In this document: in pieces, positions 46,715-58,696 of the stretch | Numbering within the stretch: position 1 is the first letter of the stretch | Layout: every line of letters begins with the position of its first letter | Assembly (NCBI GenBank): GCA_977017575.1 | Contig: CDRNVI010000190.1 | Location: 62,001-126,000, forward strand | Source: Paramoeba atlantica | Lineage: Eukaryota > Protista > Discosea | DNA: 64,000 nt | Direction of reading: 5' to 3' | Position numbers and translations under genes: made by a program | Notes under the pieces: model-generated | Seen by the model: only the letters and a program-made list of their open reading frames with translations | Database searches by the model: none | What the model was told of the DNA's origin: nothing

Positions 46715-49634
46715 CTTCTCAAAGAATAAGATTAGAAAAATAAAGATGGACTAAAAAAAAAGAAAAAAACCTGCTTCACTCCCTCCACTTGAAACAAAAG
46801 AAGGAGAAGAAGGAGAAGGAGAAGGAGAAGGAGCAAAAGATAAAAGACGAGATTTTTCGACATTTTCGAGTGCTTCAAGAGTGAGAGGGTGTTTCTCTCC
46901 ATGGGTGATTGAGAGAATTGTTGCTGCTTCTTCAAATGATTGGAGAGATTCGGTGATTCCTATTAACCTTTGAAAGAGAAGAAAGAGAGAAAGAGAAGAA
47001 AGAGAAGAAAGAGAGAGAAAGAGAAGAAAGAAGAAGAAAAGGGATTGTTGAGAAAAGATTGGAAATGGAAATATGGGAGATGAAAAAAAAAAAGGAAAGA
47101 ATAATGAATGAATGAAAAAACATTTGCAATTTTCCAACTTTGAAATTATGGAAAGCAACAACAGGCCAATACCTCCCATAATAAGCTATTTGTTCCCAAG
47201 TTTTAAATATTATGTCATTTTGTTTTGGAGAAAAGAAAAAGAAAAAGGGAAAAAGGAAAAAGAAAATGGGAAAAATAACCATAAAAAGAAGGAACAAGTT
47301 GAACACCAATCTCAAGTGCATCAATCCATCTCTCATCACAAAGAAGACATTGAAAGAGTGATTGAGAGAGAGAAAATAGGATATAATTGTGCTGTTTCAA
47401 GAAATGAATTATTCAAGAAAGAAAAAAAGAAAAAAAAAAAAAAGAAAAATTAGGATAAAAAAAAGAAAAAAAGAAAATAAGAGAGAGGAAAAACCTGATG
47501 AAGAAGAGAAGAAAGAGAAGAAACAAGAGAAAAGAGATCATCTGTTTTTGCATCTTTAAAATCGAAATTGGTCATTAAAGATGAACAAGGATTCGAGACA
47601 GAAATATCATTCAAAGATAAATTCTCTTTCTTTTTGTATTTTCCTGTGAACCAACCAACCATTAAAAAGAGATCATGAAAAATGAGAGAAGAAAAAGAAA
47701 AGAAAAGAAATTAAATCTAAATCTAAATCGAAAGAAAATCAAGCATAAAAAAAAACCAATTTTCAGGAATAGTTTTTGAGAAAATTCTGAATACGAAATA
47801 ACTGTCTTACAATTCTCACATTCCCATCTCTCTCCTTCTTCTTCCTCTTCCTCTTCCTCTTCTCCTGTTTCTTCCTCCTTTTCTTCTTTCTTCTCTTTCT
47901 CTTTCCCTTGGTTGATGACAATCCCATATCCTTTTCAAAACTTTGTTAAATTCTCCAAGAGAGGAAAAGAAAAGAAAAGAAAAGAAAAGAAAAAGAAAAA
48001 AGAAGACTAAAAAAGAAAAAAAAGGATTTAAAATCGAACCTGAACACTGAGAACAAACAATTGCTTTCATCATCTTCTCAGACAACTCCAATACATCTTC
48101 CCCATATTTTGGAAAAGAAGAAGAACAAGAAACAGAACCAAGAGAGCGAGAAGAGAGAGAACAAGGAGAGAGAGGAGAGCAGAGAGGACAAGAACATTGA
48201 AAGAAGAAACTCTCTTGTAAATCTTTGATTCTTTCTTCTTTTGGTCTTCCTTTTTCAACATAACATATTGTCAGTTCTTCTCCTGAAAACAAAATTACAT
48301 CCAATTAATTCTTGTTAAAAAGAAAAAAGGGAAAAAGAAATGAAAAAAGAAAAAAATGGAAAAAAAAAGAGAAAAAAAAACCTTTTTCAATTGGACAAGA
48401 AGCTCGAACCAAAAGATTTGTTCCATGAAAAGTACAAATTGAATTCGGTTTACATGAATGATTTACCATCGCCATCTCTTTATACAATCCAACTCCTATC
48501 TTTTTTAAAAAGAAAAGAGAAAAAGAAAGAAAAAAAGAAAGGATCAATTGTGAGAGTGGGAGAGAGGTTTCAGAAAAGGAGAAAGGAAAAGAGAAGAAAG
48601 AGAAGAAAAAAGAAAGAAAAAGAAAACCTGATTCATCTCAGCATCACTGATAACAAGACAATTCGACATCAAAGAAGCAAAAAGAGAAAACAAAAAAGAA
48701 GAAGAAAGAGAAGAAAAGGAATTCTCAATCTTTTTCTTTGATGCATAAGAAGAAAGAAGGTACTGTGTTTCCATGTCAATTGAATTGTTGCTTCGAATGT
48801 TTTCCCTTTCAGTTCTTCTTTGTGGTTGATCATTTGTTTCATATCATCGATTTCTGAGAAATTGAGATTTTAGAAGAATTGGCTCCCACTTCTTTGAATT
48901 TTTTCTTTTTTTCAATCTCTATCTTTCTTTGTTGGATTGAATAAATATTTAAAAAATTGCAGAATTATTGAATGTTAATAAAAAAAAAGAAATGCAAAGA
49001 AAAAACCTGGAAGAGAAGAAGAATTGCGAGCAATAATTCGAAACAAGAGCCGCATACTTCTTGTGGGTCTCTTGTTTGGTCCACCAATTTGCAAAATCTC
49101 ACATTCCACCTTTTACAAAAACTCTTTTTCAGTCTCAACCTCTTCTTCTCTTCTTCTCTTCTTTTCTTTTCTTTCTCCTTCTTTTCTGATCTTTTCTCTT
49201 TTCTTTGTTCTTTTGTTAACCTTGTGAAGTGGCCAGACATTTTTCTGGCATTGACGAGAACAATATTTCAAATACTGACACTGACTACATTTTTTCAATG
49301 TCATCCTATTTTTTCTTGGTTTTAGAGAAAGAAAGGAAGGAGAAGAAGATATCAGAGAGAGAGAAAGAGAGAAAACAAGAAGGAAACCCTGTTTTAAAAC
49401 AACCATCACAATAAGATGAAATAGATTCTTCATCCAGAACAGCAGCAACAGGTTCCTCTTCCCAAACTAGCTTCCCTCTCCCAACCTTTTTCAAAGCTGT
49501 TTTTTGAGAACGAAAGAAAAAAGATAAGACACAACAAATCAAAAAACCTTTGATGAAGAAGAAGAGAGAAAAACACCCCTCCCCTTTCCCACAGCGTGTT
49601 TCACTTCCCAACAACCATCTTTGTATTCACCCAT
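44558..49634 (-). pseudogene. SMYD copy 2 fused to four zinc-finger modules; 1-nt frameshift near 48775 (pseudogene or sequence error)
   Basis: ATG at 49634. Reads ttgacatggaaac where copy 3 has ttggcaatggaaac, shifting frame before NHSC. All downstream exons, including four finger exons, stay open. Confidence 0.65.
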
Positions 49635-50020
49635 CGACTCTCCCAACAAAACCAACAAAACAACAAAACAACAAAACCAACAACAAAAACTGAAAATTTG
49701 AAAAGACAACGGTTTTTCGTTCGTGGTGTCCCTTTCCATAATTCCTTTCTTTTTTGGTGTCCCTTTGGAACTCTTTCATTTTTCTCAGCTCTCTTGAGTC
49801 GAATCCTTCATTTGATTTCGAAAGAATTTATTTTCTAGAATTATCCAAGATCCAGCTCCAATTTTTGAATCTGGTGGAAGTTGTTGGTCCACTTGTTCTT
49901 TTCTTCTTCTGAAAGCAATCTAAAAACTCATTGAATGAAATAAAATAAAATCCATTAAAAGTAAAAAACAATTCTTCTTCCTCTTGTTTTTTTGGGAAAA
50001 GAATTTGATCCCGATCACTT

Positions 50021-53000
50021 TCAGGAAAATACTCTCTCAACTTCACAGTTTCTGGTAATGCAAAGGATATTAAAATCAATATCGTCTTCATCACTTTCAC
50101 GATACAACATCTCATAAATTGTCAAAATGTTCAACTGCAACCCAACATCAGGAGAAGCCTCAAAGGAAGAGGGATAAGTCATCCAAAATAAAAAATATCC
50201 ACTTTCAAAATCACCTTCTTCATCTTCCTCACATGATGGGAAACTTCGATGGATTTCGTTCGCTCGAAAGGTTTGAAAGGTTCCCATTTCGGAATTCGTT
50301 CCACCCAAAATTTGGAATGGCGTTACTCCTGCTCCAATAAAAGGTGATGGAATCAATAAAGGCCACATTCTCTTTTTAATATATTGCTTCCATTGAACTG
50401 ATAGATCTTTTGGATCAAAGGTATCATCACTTGGAGGAACATCACTTGCATAAGGAAAGAGAATCATTTGTGTTGTTTTTCCTGAAATATACACAAAATT
50501 AACCCACACATTCTGAAGAAATGAACCAACACAAAACTCTTGGTTCAAAGCACGAGATTTAACAAACTCAATATCTGTGAATTGTGCTGTATCTTTCTGA
50601 AACCCTTGCAATTCAATTGCAACATTCTGTTGAAAAGAATTCAAGTGCATCTTTGTTTCTGAATCTTCCAAGATAAATTTTCGTTGGTTCGCATTATTAA
50701 TTGAAACCCACTTCGAATCACCTTCTTCCTCTATGATACTCTCTTTTCTTGCTTGTTGAAAAACTTCCTGAGCAGCAGATTCCCCCATAAAATTACAAAA
50801 GAAAGATGTATCTTTTACATAAAACCGTTCACCTTCAAAAGAAGAAGACGAGGAGGAAGATGAGGAGGAAGAAGAAGAGGAAGAAGAAGAGGAAGAAGAA
50901 AAAGAGGGAGAACGAGAGGTTTCTGATTTCTTGGGGGTTCTTGCTTCCTTTGTTTGTGTTTCATCCATTTTTCTTCTCTTCTGTTGATGGTCTCTTTGGT
51001 TTGCAAAAAAATTTAAATGTGAGTTCACTTGCTCAGGAATTTCTTTCTTTGCCTTTTCAAACCATTGTTTCACTTTTCTTAAAATTATTTGATTCTCTGT
51101 CTCAAGAAAGATGATATCTCCCAAGCTAAAAAACACCTCAGAGTGATTTTCAAAAACATGGTCATAGAGATAAACTAAGTTTAGACCTTTCAGTGTTGTT
51201 TGGCAATCCCCCAAAGAACACTCCCAAAACTCCCCATCCTTTCGAAAACACTGACTTTTCAGCACTGACATTCGATATCGACTTCTTTTACGTTGTGTTG
51301 ACAGATAAGCACTTCCTTCTCAAATAATAACATTAGAAAAATAAAGATGAACTTTAAAAAAAAGAAAAAAACCTGCTTCACTCCCTCCACTAGAAACAAA
51401 AGAAGGAGAAGAAGGAGGAGAAGAAGGAGAAGAGGAAGGAGGAGAAGGAGAAGGGGTATATCCCGCTTGGATTAACAAATCAATAAGATCTTCTCTCTCA
51501 CTAAACCCATACATCTCAGGGTCAATAGAGAGAGAAGAGAGAGCCTCTTTTATTTCTTTGATGCTCATTTCTTTGATTGGTTTTTGATATGGAGGAGGAG
51601 AAGAGGAAGAAGAGGAAGAAGAGGAAGAAGAAGAAGAACAAGAGGAAGAAGAACAAGAGGGAGAACGAGAGGTTTCTGATTTCTTGGGGGTTCTTGCTTC
51701 CTTTGTTTGTGTTTCATCCATTTTTCTTCTCTTCTGTTGCTGGTCTCTTTGGTTTGCAAAAAAATTTAAATGTGAGTTCACTTGCTCAGGAATTTCTTTC
51801 TTTGCCTTTTCAAACCATTGTTTCACTTTTCTTAAAATTGTCTTATTCTCTGTCTCAAGAAAGATGATATCTCCCAAGCTAAAAAACACCTCAGAGTGAT
51901 TTTCAAAAACATGGTCATAGAGATAAACTAAGTTTGAACCTTTCAGTGTTGTTTGGCAATCCCCCAAAGAACACTTCGAAAACTGCCCATCCTTTCGAAA
52001 ACACCGACTTTTCAGCACTGATATTTGATATCCCTGACCTCTTTTATGTTGTGTTGGTGAAAAAGCACTGCCTTCTCAAATAATAATATTAGAAAAATAA
52101 AGATGAACTTTAAAAAAAGAAAAAAAACCTACTTCACTCCCTCCACTGGAAACAAAAGAAGGAGAAGGAGAAGGAGAAGGGGTATATCTTGCTTGGATTA
52201 ACAAATCAATAAGATCTTCTCTCTCACTAAACCCATACATCTCAGGGTCAATAGAGAGAGAAGAGAGAGCCTCTTTTATTTCTTTGATGCTCATTTCTTT
52301 GATTGGTTTTTGATATGGAGAAGGAGAAGAGAAAGAAGAGAAAGAAGAAGAGGAAGAAGAGGAAGAAGAAGAACAAGAGGGAGAACAAGAGGTTTCTGAT
52401 TTCTTGGGGGTTCTTGCTTCCTCTGTTTGTGCATAATGTATTTTTCGCCGCTTCTGTTGCTGGTCTATTCGGTTTGCAAAAAATTTTAAATGTGAGTTCA
52501 CTTGCTCAGGAATTTCTTTCTTTGCCTTTTCAAACCATCGTTTCACTTTTACTAAAATTGTCTGATTCTCTGTCTCAAGAAAGGTGATATCTCCCAAACT
52601 AAAAAACACCTCAGAGTGATTTTCAAAAACATGATTGTAGAAAGAAACACAGTTTCCAGGATTCAGTTTTGTGTGACAATCCCCCAAAGAACACTTCCAA
52701 AACTCCCCATCCTTTCGAAAACACTGCCTTTTCAGGACTGACATATTACCCCGACCTCTTTTGCAATATGTTGGTGTATAAGCACTGCCTTCTCAAATAA
52801 TAACATTAGAAAAATAAAGATGAACTTTAAAAAAAAAAAAGAAAAAAACCTACTTCACTCCCTTCACCAGAAACAAAAGAAGGAGAAGGAGAAGAGGAAG
52901 AAGAGGAAGACAAAGAAGAAGAACAAGAGGGAGAATGAGAGGTTTCTGATTTCTTGGGGGTTCTTGCTTCCTTTGTTTGTGCTTCATCCATTTTTCTTCT

Positions 53001-53344
53001 CTTTTGTTGATAGTCTATTTGGTTTGCAAAAAAATTTAAATGTGAGTTCACTTGCTCAGGAACTTCTTTCTTCGCCTTTTCAAACCATTGTTTCACTTTT
53101 CCTAAAATTTTCTGATTCTTTGTATCAAGAAAGATGATATCTCCCAAGCTAAAAAACACCTCAGAGTGATTTTCAAAAACGTGATCATAGAACTGAACTA
53201 AGTTCTGACTTTGCATCAAAAATGTTTGACAATCCCCCAAAGAACACTTCGAAAACACCCCCTCCTTTCGAAAACACCGACTTTTCAGGAATGAAATTGA
53301 ACCCGGACGTCTTTTACATAGTAGTGTTGGTGTATAAGCACTTC
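50021..53344 (-). repeat. Zinc-finger exon array of SMYD copy 3 (4 units)
   Basis: Exons 53344-52850 (495 nt), 52788-52129 (660), 52071-51373 (699) and 51315-50021 (terminal), separated by 57-61 nt phase-1 introns. Confidence 0.85.
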
Positions 53345-56300
53345 CTTCTCAAATAATAGCATTAGAAAAATAAAGATGAACTTTAAAAAAAAACAAAAAA
53401 AACCTACTTCACTCCCTCCACCAGAAACAAAAGAAGGAGAAGGAGGAGGAGAAGGAGAAGGAGAAGGAGAAGGAGAAGGAGAAAGAGAAGGAGAAAGTCC
53501 TTGTCTTGGTGGACTTATTGAATGTTTGGAATTCTCAACACCATCATTACTGTTAGAAGAAGGAGAAGGAGAAGGAGCAAAAGATAAAAGACGAGATTTT
53601 TCGACATTTTCGAGTGCTTCAAGAGTGAGAGGGTGTTTCTCTCCATGGGTGATTGAGAGAATTGTTGCTGCTTCTTCAAATGATTGGAGAGATTCAGTGA
53701 TTCCTATTAACCTTTGAAAGAAAAGAAAGAAAAGAGAGAGAGAGAGAAAGAGAAGAAAAGGGGTTGTTGAGAAAAGATTGGAAATGGAAATATGGGAGAG
53801 ATGAAAAAAAAAGGAAAGAAAAATGAATGAATGAATGAATAAACATTTGCAATTTTCCAACTTTGAAATTATGAAAAGCAACAACAGGCCAATACCTCCC
53901 ATAATAAGCTATTTGTTCCCAAGTTTTAAATATTCTGTCATTTTGTTTTGGAGAAAAGAAAAAGGAAAAAGAAAATGGGAAAAATAACCATAAAAAGAAG
54001 GAACAAGTTGAACACCAATCTCAAGTGCATCAATCCATCTCTCATCACAAAGGAGACATTGAAAGAGTGATTGAGAGAGAGAAAATAGGATATAATTGTG
54101 CTGTTTCAAGAAATGAATTATTCAAGAAAGAATAAAAGAAAAAAAAAAAAAGAAAAATTAGGATAAAAAAAAGAAAAAAAGAAAATAAGAGAGAGGAAAA
54201 ACCTGATGAAGAAGAGAAGAAAGAGAAGAAACAAGAGAAAAGAGATCATCTGTTTTTGCATCTTTAAAATCGAAATTGGTCATTAAAGATGAACAAGGAT
54301 TCGAGACAGAAATATCATTCAAAGATAAATTCTCTTTCTTTTTGTATTTTCCTGTGAACCAACCAACCATTAAAAAGAGATCATATGAGAAATGAGGGAG
54401 AAGAAAAAGAAAAGAAAAGAAAAGAAATTAAAATCGAAAAAAAATCAAGCATAAAAAAAAACCAATTTTCAGGAATAGTTTTTGAGAAAATTCTGAATAT
54501 GAAATAACTGTCTTACAATTCTCACATTCCCATCTCTCTCCTTCTTCTTCCTCTTCTCCTGTTTCTTCCTCCTTTTCTTCTTTCTTCTCTCTCTCTTTCC
54601 CTTTGCTGATGACAATCCCATATCCTTTTCAAAACTTTGTTAAATTCTCCCATGAAAGAAAAAAGGAAAGAAAAGAAAAATAAAGAAAGGAAAAAATGGA
54701 AAAGAAAAGAAAAGAAAAAGAAAAAAGAAGATTAAGAAAGAAAAAAAGGGATAAAATCAAACCAGAACACTGAGGACAAACAATTGCTTTCATCATCTTC
54801 TCAGACAACTCCAATACATCTTCCCCATATTTTGGAAAAGAGGAAGAAGAACAAGAAACAGAACCAAGAGAGCGAGAAGAGAGAGAACAAGGAGAGAGAG
54901 GAGAGCAGAGAGAACAAGAACATTGAAAGAAGAAACTCTCTTGTAAATCTTTGATTCTTTCTTCTTTTGGTCTTCCTTTTTCAACATAACATATTGTCAG
55001 TTCTTCTCCTGAAAACAAAATTACATCCAATTAATTCTTGTTAAAAGAACAAAAAGAAAGGATAAAGAAAAAAAAATGGGAATAAAAAGAGAAAAAAAAC
55101 CTTTTTCAATTGGACAAGAAGCTCGAACCAAAAGATTTGTTCCATGAAAAGTACAAATTGAATTCGGTTTACATGAATGATTTACCATCGCCATCTCTTT
55201 ATACAATCCAACTCCTATCTTTTTTAAAAAAGAAAAGAGGAAAAGAAAGAAAAAGAAAGGATCAATTGTGAGAGTGGAAGAGAGGTTTCAGAAAAGGAGA
55301 AAGGAAAAGAGAAGAAAGAGAAGAAAAAAGAAAGAAAAAGAAAACCTGATTCATCTCAGCATCACTGATAACAAGACAATTCGACATCAAAGAAGCAAAA
55401 AGAGAAAACAAAAAAGAAGAAGAAAGAGAAGAAAAGGAATTCTCAATCTTTTTCTTTGATGCATAAGAAGAAAGAAGGTACTGTGTTTCCATTGCCAATT
55501 GAGTTGTTGCTTCTAGTGTTTTCCCTTTCAGTTCTTCTTTATGGTTGATCATTTGTTTCATATCATCGATTTCTGACAAAAAGAGAATTTAGAAGAATTG
55601 TTTCTTTTTTGATCTTTCCTTTTTGATTTTTTTTTTCATCTCTATCTTTCTTTGGATTGAATAAATATTTAAAAAATGGCAGAATTATTGAATGTTAATA
55701 AAAAAAAAGAAATGCAAAGAAAAAACCTGGAAGAGAAGAAGAATTGCGAGCAATAATTCGAAACAAGAGTCGCATACTTCTTGTGGGTCTCTTGCTTGGT
55801 CCACCAATTTGCAAAATCTCACATTCCATCTTTTACAAAAACTCTTTTTCAGTCTCCACCTCTTCTTCTCTTCTTCTCTTCTCTTTTCTTTTCTTTCTCT
55901 TCTTTTCTGATCTCTCTCCTTCTTCTCTGATCTTTTCTCTCTTTTCTTTGTTCTTTTGTTAACCTTGTGAAGTGGCCAGATATTCTTCTGGCATTGACGA
56001 GAACAGTATCTCAAATACTGACACTGACTACATCTTTTCAATGTCATCCTATTTTTTCTTGGTTTTAGAGAAAGAAAGGAGAAGAAGATATCAAGAGAGA
56101 GAGAAAGGGAGAAAACAAGAAGGAAACCCTGTTTTAAAACAACCATCACAATAAGATGAAATAGCTTCTTCATCCAGAACAGCAGCAACAGGTTTTTCTT
56201 CCCAAACCAACTTCCCTCTCCCAACCTTTTTAAGCTGTTTTTTGAGAACGAAAGAAGACAAGATAAGACACAACAAATCAAAATTACCTTTGATGAAGAA

Positions 56301-56386
56301 GAAGAAGAAGAAGAGAGAAAAACACCCCACCCCTTTCCCACAGCGTGTTTCACTTCCCAACAACCATCTTTGTCCCATTCCCCCAT
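50021..56386 (-). CDS. SMYD copy 3 fused to four zinc-finger modules and a C-terminal domain of about 270 aa
   Basis: ATG at 56386; SET/MYND motifs present. The last SMYD exon (ends 53404) splices in frame to four finger exons. Stop at 50021. Not every upstream junction was checked. Confidence 0.8.
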
Positions 56387-56664
56387 CGACTCTCCCAACA
56401 AAACCAACAAAACAACAAAAACAACAAAACCAACAACAAAAACTGAAAATACAACGGTTTTTCGTTCGTGGTGTCCCTTTCCATAATTCCTTTCTTTGTT
56501 GGTGTCCCTTTGGAACTCTTTCATTTTTCTCAACTCTCTTGAGTCGAATCCTTCATTTGATTTCGAAAGAATTTATTTTCTAGAATTATCCAAGATCCAG
56601 CTCCAATTTTTACCCCACAAACAATTAAATTATTGTCTTTTAGTTCGAGATTTTCTTTTATTTT

Positions 56665-58541
56665 TCATGTTGGAGATAAGGACAAAGGTGAGGAAGAGGA
56701 TGAGGACGAAGAAGAGGAAGAGGAAGAGGAGGAAGAGGAGGAAGAGGAAGTTGAAAAAGAAGACGAAGTAACCAGCCCACTTTGACCTCTTAAAGCCACA
56801 GTTGCCTTCAACAGAGGTCCATCCCACTCAATCCCTTTAATTTCAAAGACTCGATGTAATAATTTATAAATTAGCCACTGGATTGGATCTCGAGCAAACT
56901 CTTTTGCAGGATCAGCAAGAATTCCCTCGATTACTTCACTCCACACTTCCATCATCTGTCTTCTGGCGATCTTTCTTGTCACTTCTTTTGTTTCTTTTTC
57001 AACATCAGGAGATATCCGACTAATTCCTGGAATATCCCCCTCTCTCTCTGTCTCTATTCCCTCTCCATCAACATGAATGCTCTTTTCAACAGAAGCATGT
57101 TGAACACGAAAAGAACCACGAAGATCTTTGCAATCTATCAATCGCTTCATTGCAATTTGGTTGTGTATTTCTGTTACAGTTTCGTTTTCGTCCTGAAAGA
57201 GAATCGTTTTGCGGAAAAAGCCATAAAATTCGATGGTACTCAATCCGTTTGATTGTGGGTGAAGTTGAATCTATCATTTTTTTTTCGAAATTCAGTTGGG
57301 AACAAACACAAGAAAACACAAGAAAACACAAGTTAAAAGCAGACAAATAACCTGAGTGCTAACTGCCCTCCATTTTGGTTTTTGAAGATCAAAAACAGTG
57401 GTTGCGAGGAAATTATTTAACATATCCTTTTGAGCATACACTTTTACGATTTCTCCTTCTTTAAAATTTTCAATTGGGAGAGCTTCCAAAAGGATATGGT
57501 CCATGTTCCCTGTTTTTTTTTAGTTGTAACTTTCAAAAATACAGAGGAGATTGAATCAAATGATACAACTCGCGTATAATGTTCAAAAAAGATACAAACC
57601 GCCAGGTGGACCAACAAAGAAGGCAAACTTTAGAAATTTTCCATCGAACACCGGAGCAAACTTAAAATACTGATGTAGAGTACGAGCATCAAGCCCTCGA
57701 TCTCGCAACAAGAATTCCATTGGTGTGTGGAGAAAGATGGACGAAAAGTTTAGAGGAACCCCCGATTGAGTTTTCTTCATTTCTGTCGAAAGATTCCATT
57801 CAGGGAGGATACCTGTGATTGTGGAGAGTCGTTGAGCGACTTTCATGATCATGGAGGAGTATTTTGTTGTTGTTGGTCCTGGTCTGTTTTTAATTTTGGT
57901 TAGCGAAGAGATAGAAAGAGAAGTCCCAGAGTGATGAGGATTGGAATTAAACTGTGGCTTTTTTGACGTGTGGAAAGTTAATTGATGAGTGATTATCAGA
58001 AGGGAAAAGAGTTTGGTTTTGACCTGTGTTTGATCTTCCCCATCTTCAGACTCAAAAAACGAAACCCATTATCAGGTAAAAGGAGAATTTTGATCTGTCA
58101 AATTATCACAAAATTAGAGAGTCCTGGTTTCAAAGAATTTAATAAACCTTTCTTTCCACAGAAAAAAAAAACCTCGAAGGTTCCTTTCAAATCAAGAGAT
58201 CCCTCTTCAAAAAGAGGAATTCGGAGTTTGTTGGGGCCAATCTCAATTCGTATTTTAACAACCACGTTACAACTGGGGATTTTGTCCTTCATTTGGGACA
58301 GCACTTCACTACTCCCTCTCTCCCCTTCTCCCTTCTTTTTGCTCTCTTTTTCTTTCTTTTTCTCTTTGTCTCGATTCGGGGTAAGCCAGCGACCTTTTTT
58401 TTTCTCCGCTTTATACTTTTCAAAAGAAGTACACCAGATGGATATGGATCGAAGATCAAAATTTGGACCCATTGGTGGAAAATTGATCACAAGTTCCTCC
58501 TCCATCTTCACTGCTCCATACACAAGTTTCTCCTCGTCCAT
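56665..58541 (-). CDS. Hypothetical multi-exon protein (one or two genes)
   Basis: Several coding-like exons (MDEEKLVYG.., [10 protein letters not shown].., DHILLEAL.., ..poly-Ser end). The junction near 57950-58030 could not be resolved. No recognised domain. Confidence 0.5.
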
Positions 58542-58696
58542 TGTGTCCAAGGTCAATCGAACGAAATAAAAATTTTGTGCTTTATTTTTCGGAGATGAAA
58601 TTGAACAAAAAAAGGTGTTTTGCACATTTGAAAAAGTTCTGCCTTCACCAAAAGTTTTTTTTGGGTTTTTTTATTTCTCTCCCCTCTTTCCACTCG

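Larger units (their letters stand above)
41409..56610 (-). repeat. Tandem segmental triplication of the SMYD locus
   Basis: Three highly similar copies, introns included. Upstream DNA is also duplicated (about 49700-49865 vs about 56440-56610). Confidence 0.92.

Noticed and set aside
44558-53344. Zinc-finger units as independent small genes or BED/hAT transposon fragments
   Set aside because: Only three of eight have an ATG at the MSVLK position. All are flanked by conserved splice sites in frame with SMYD. No terminal inverted repeats, target-site duplications or DDE transposase are visible.
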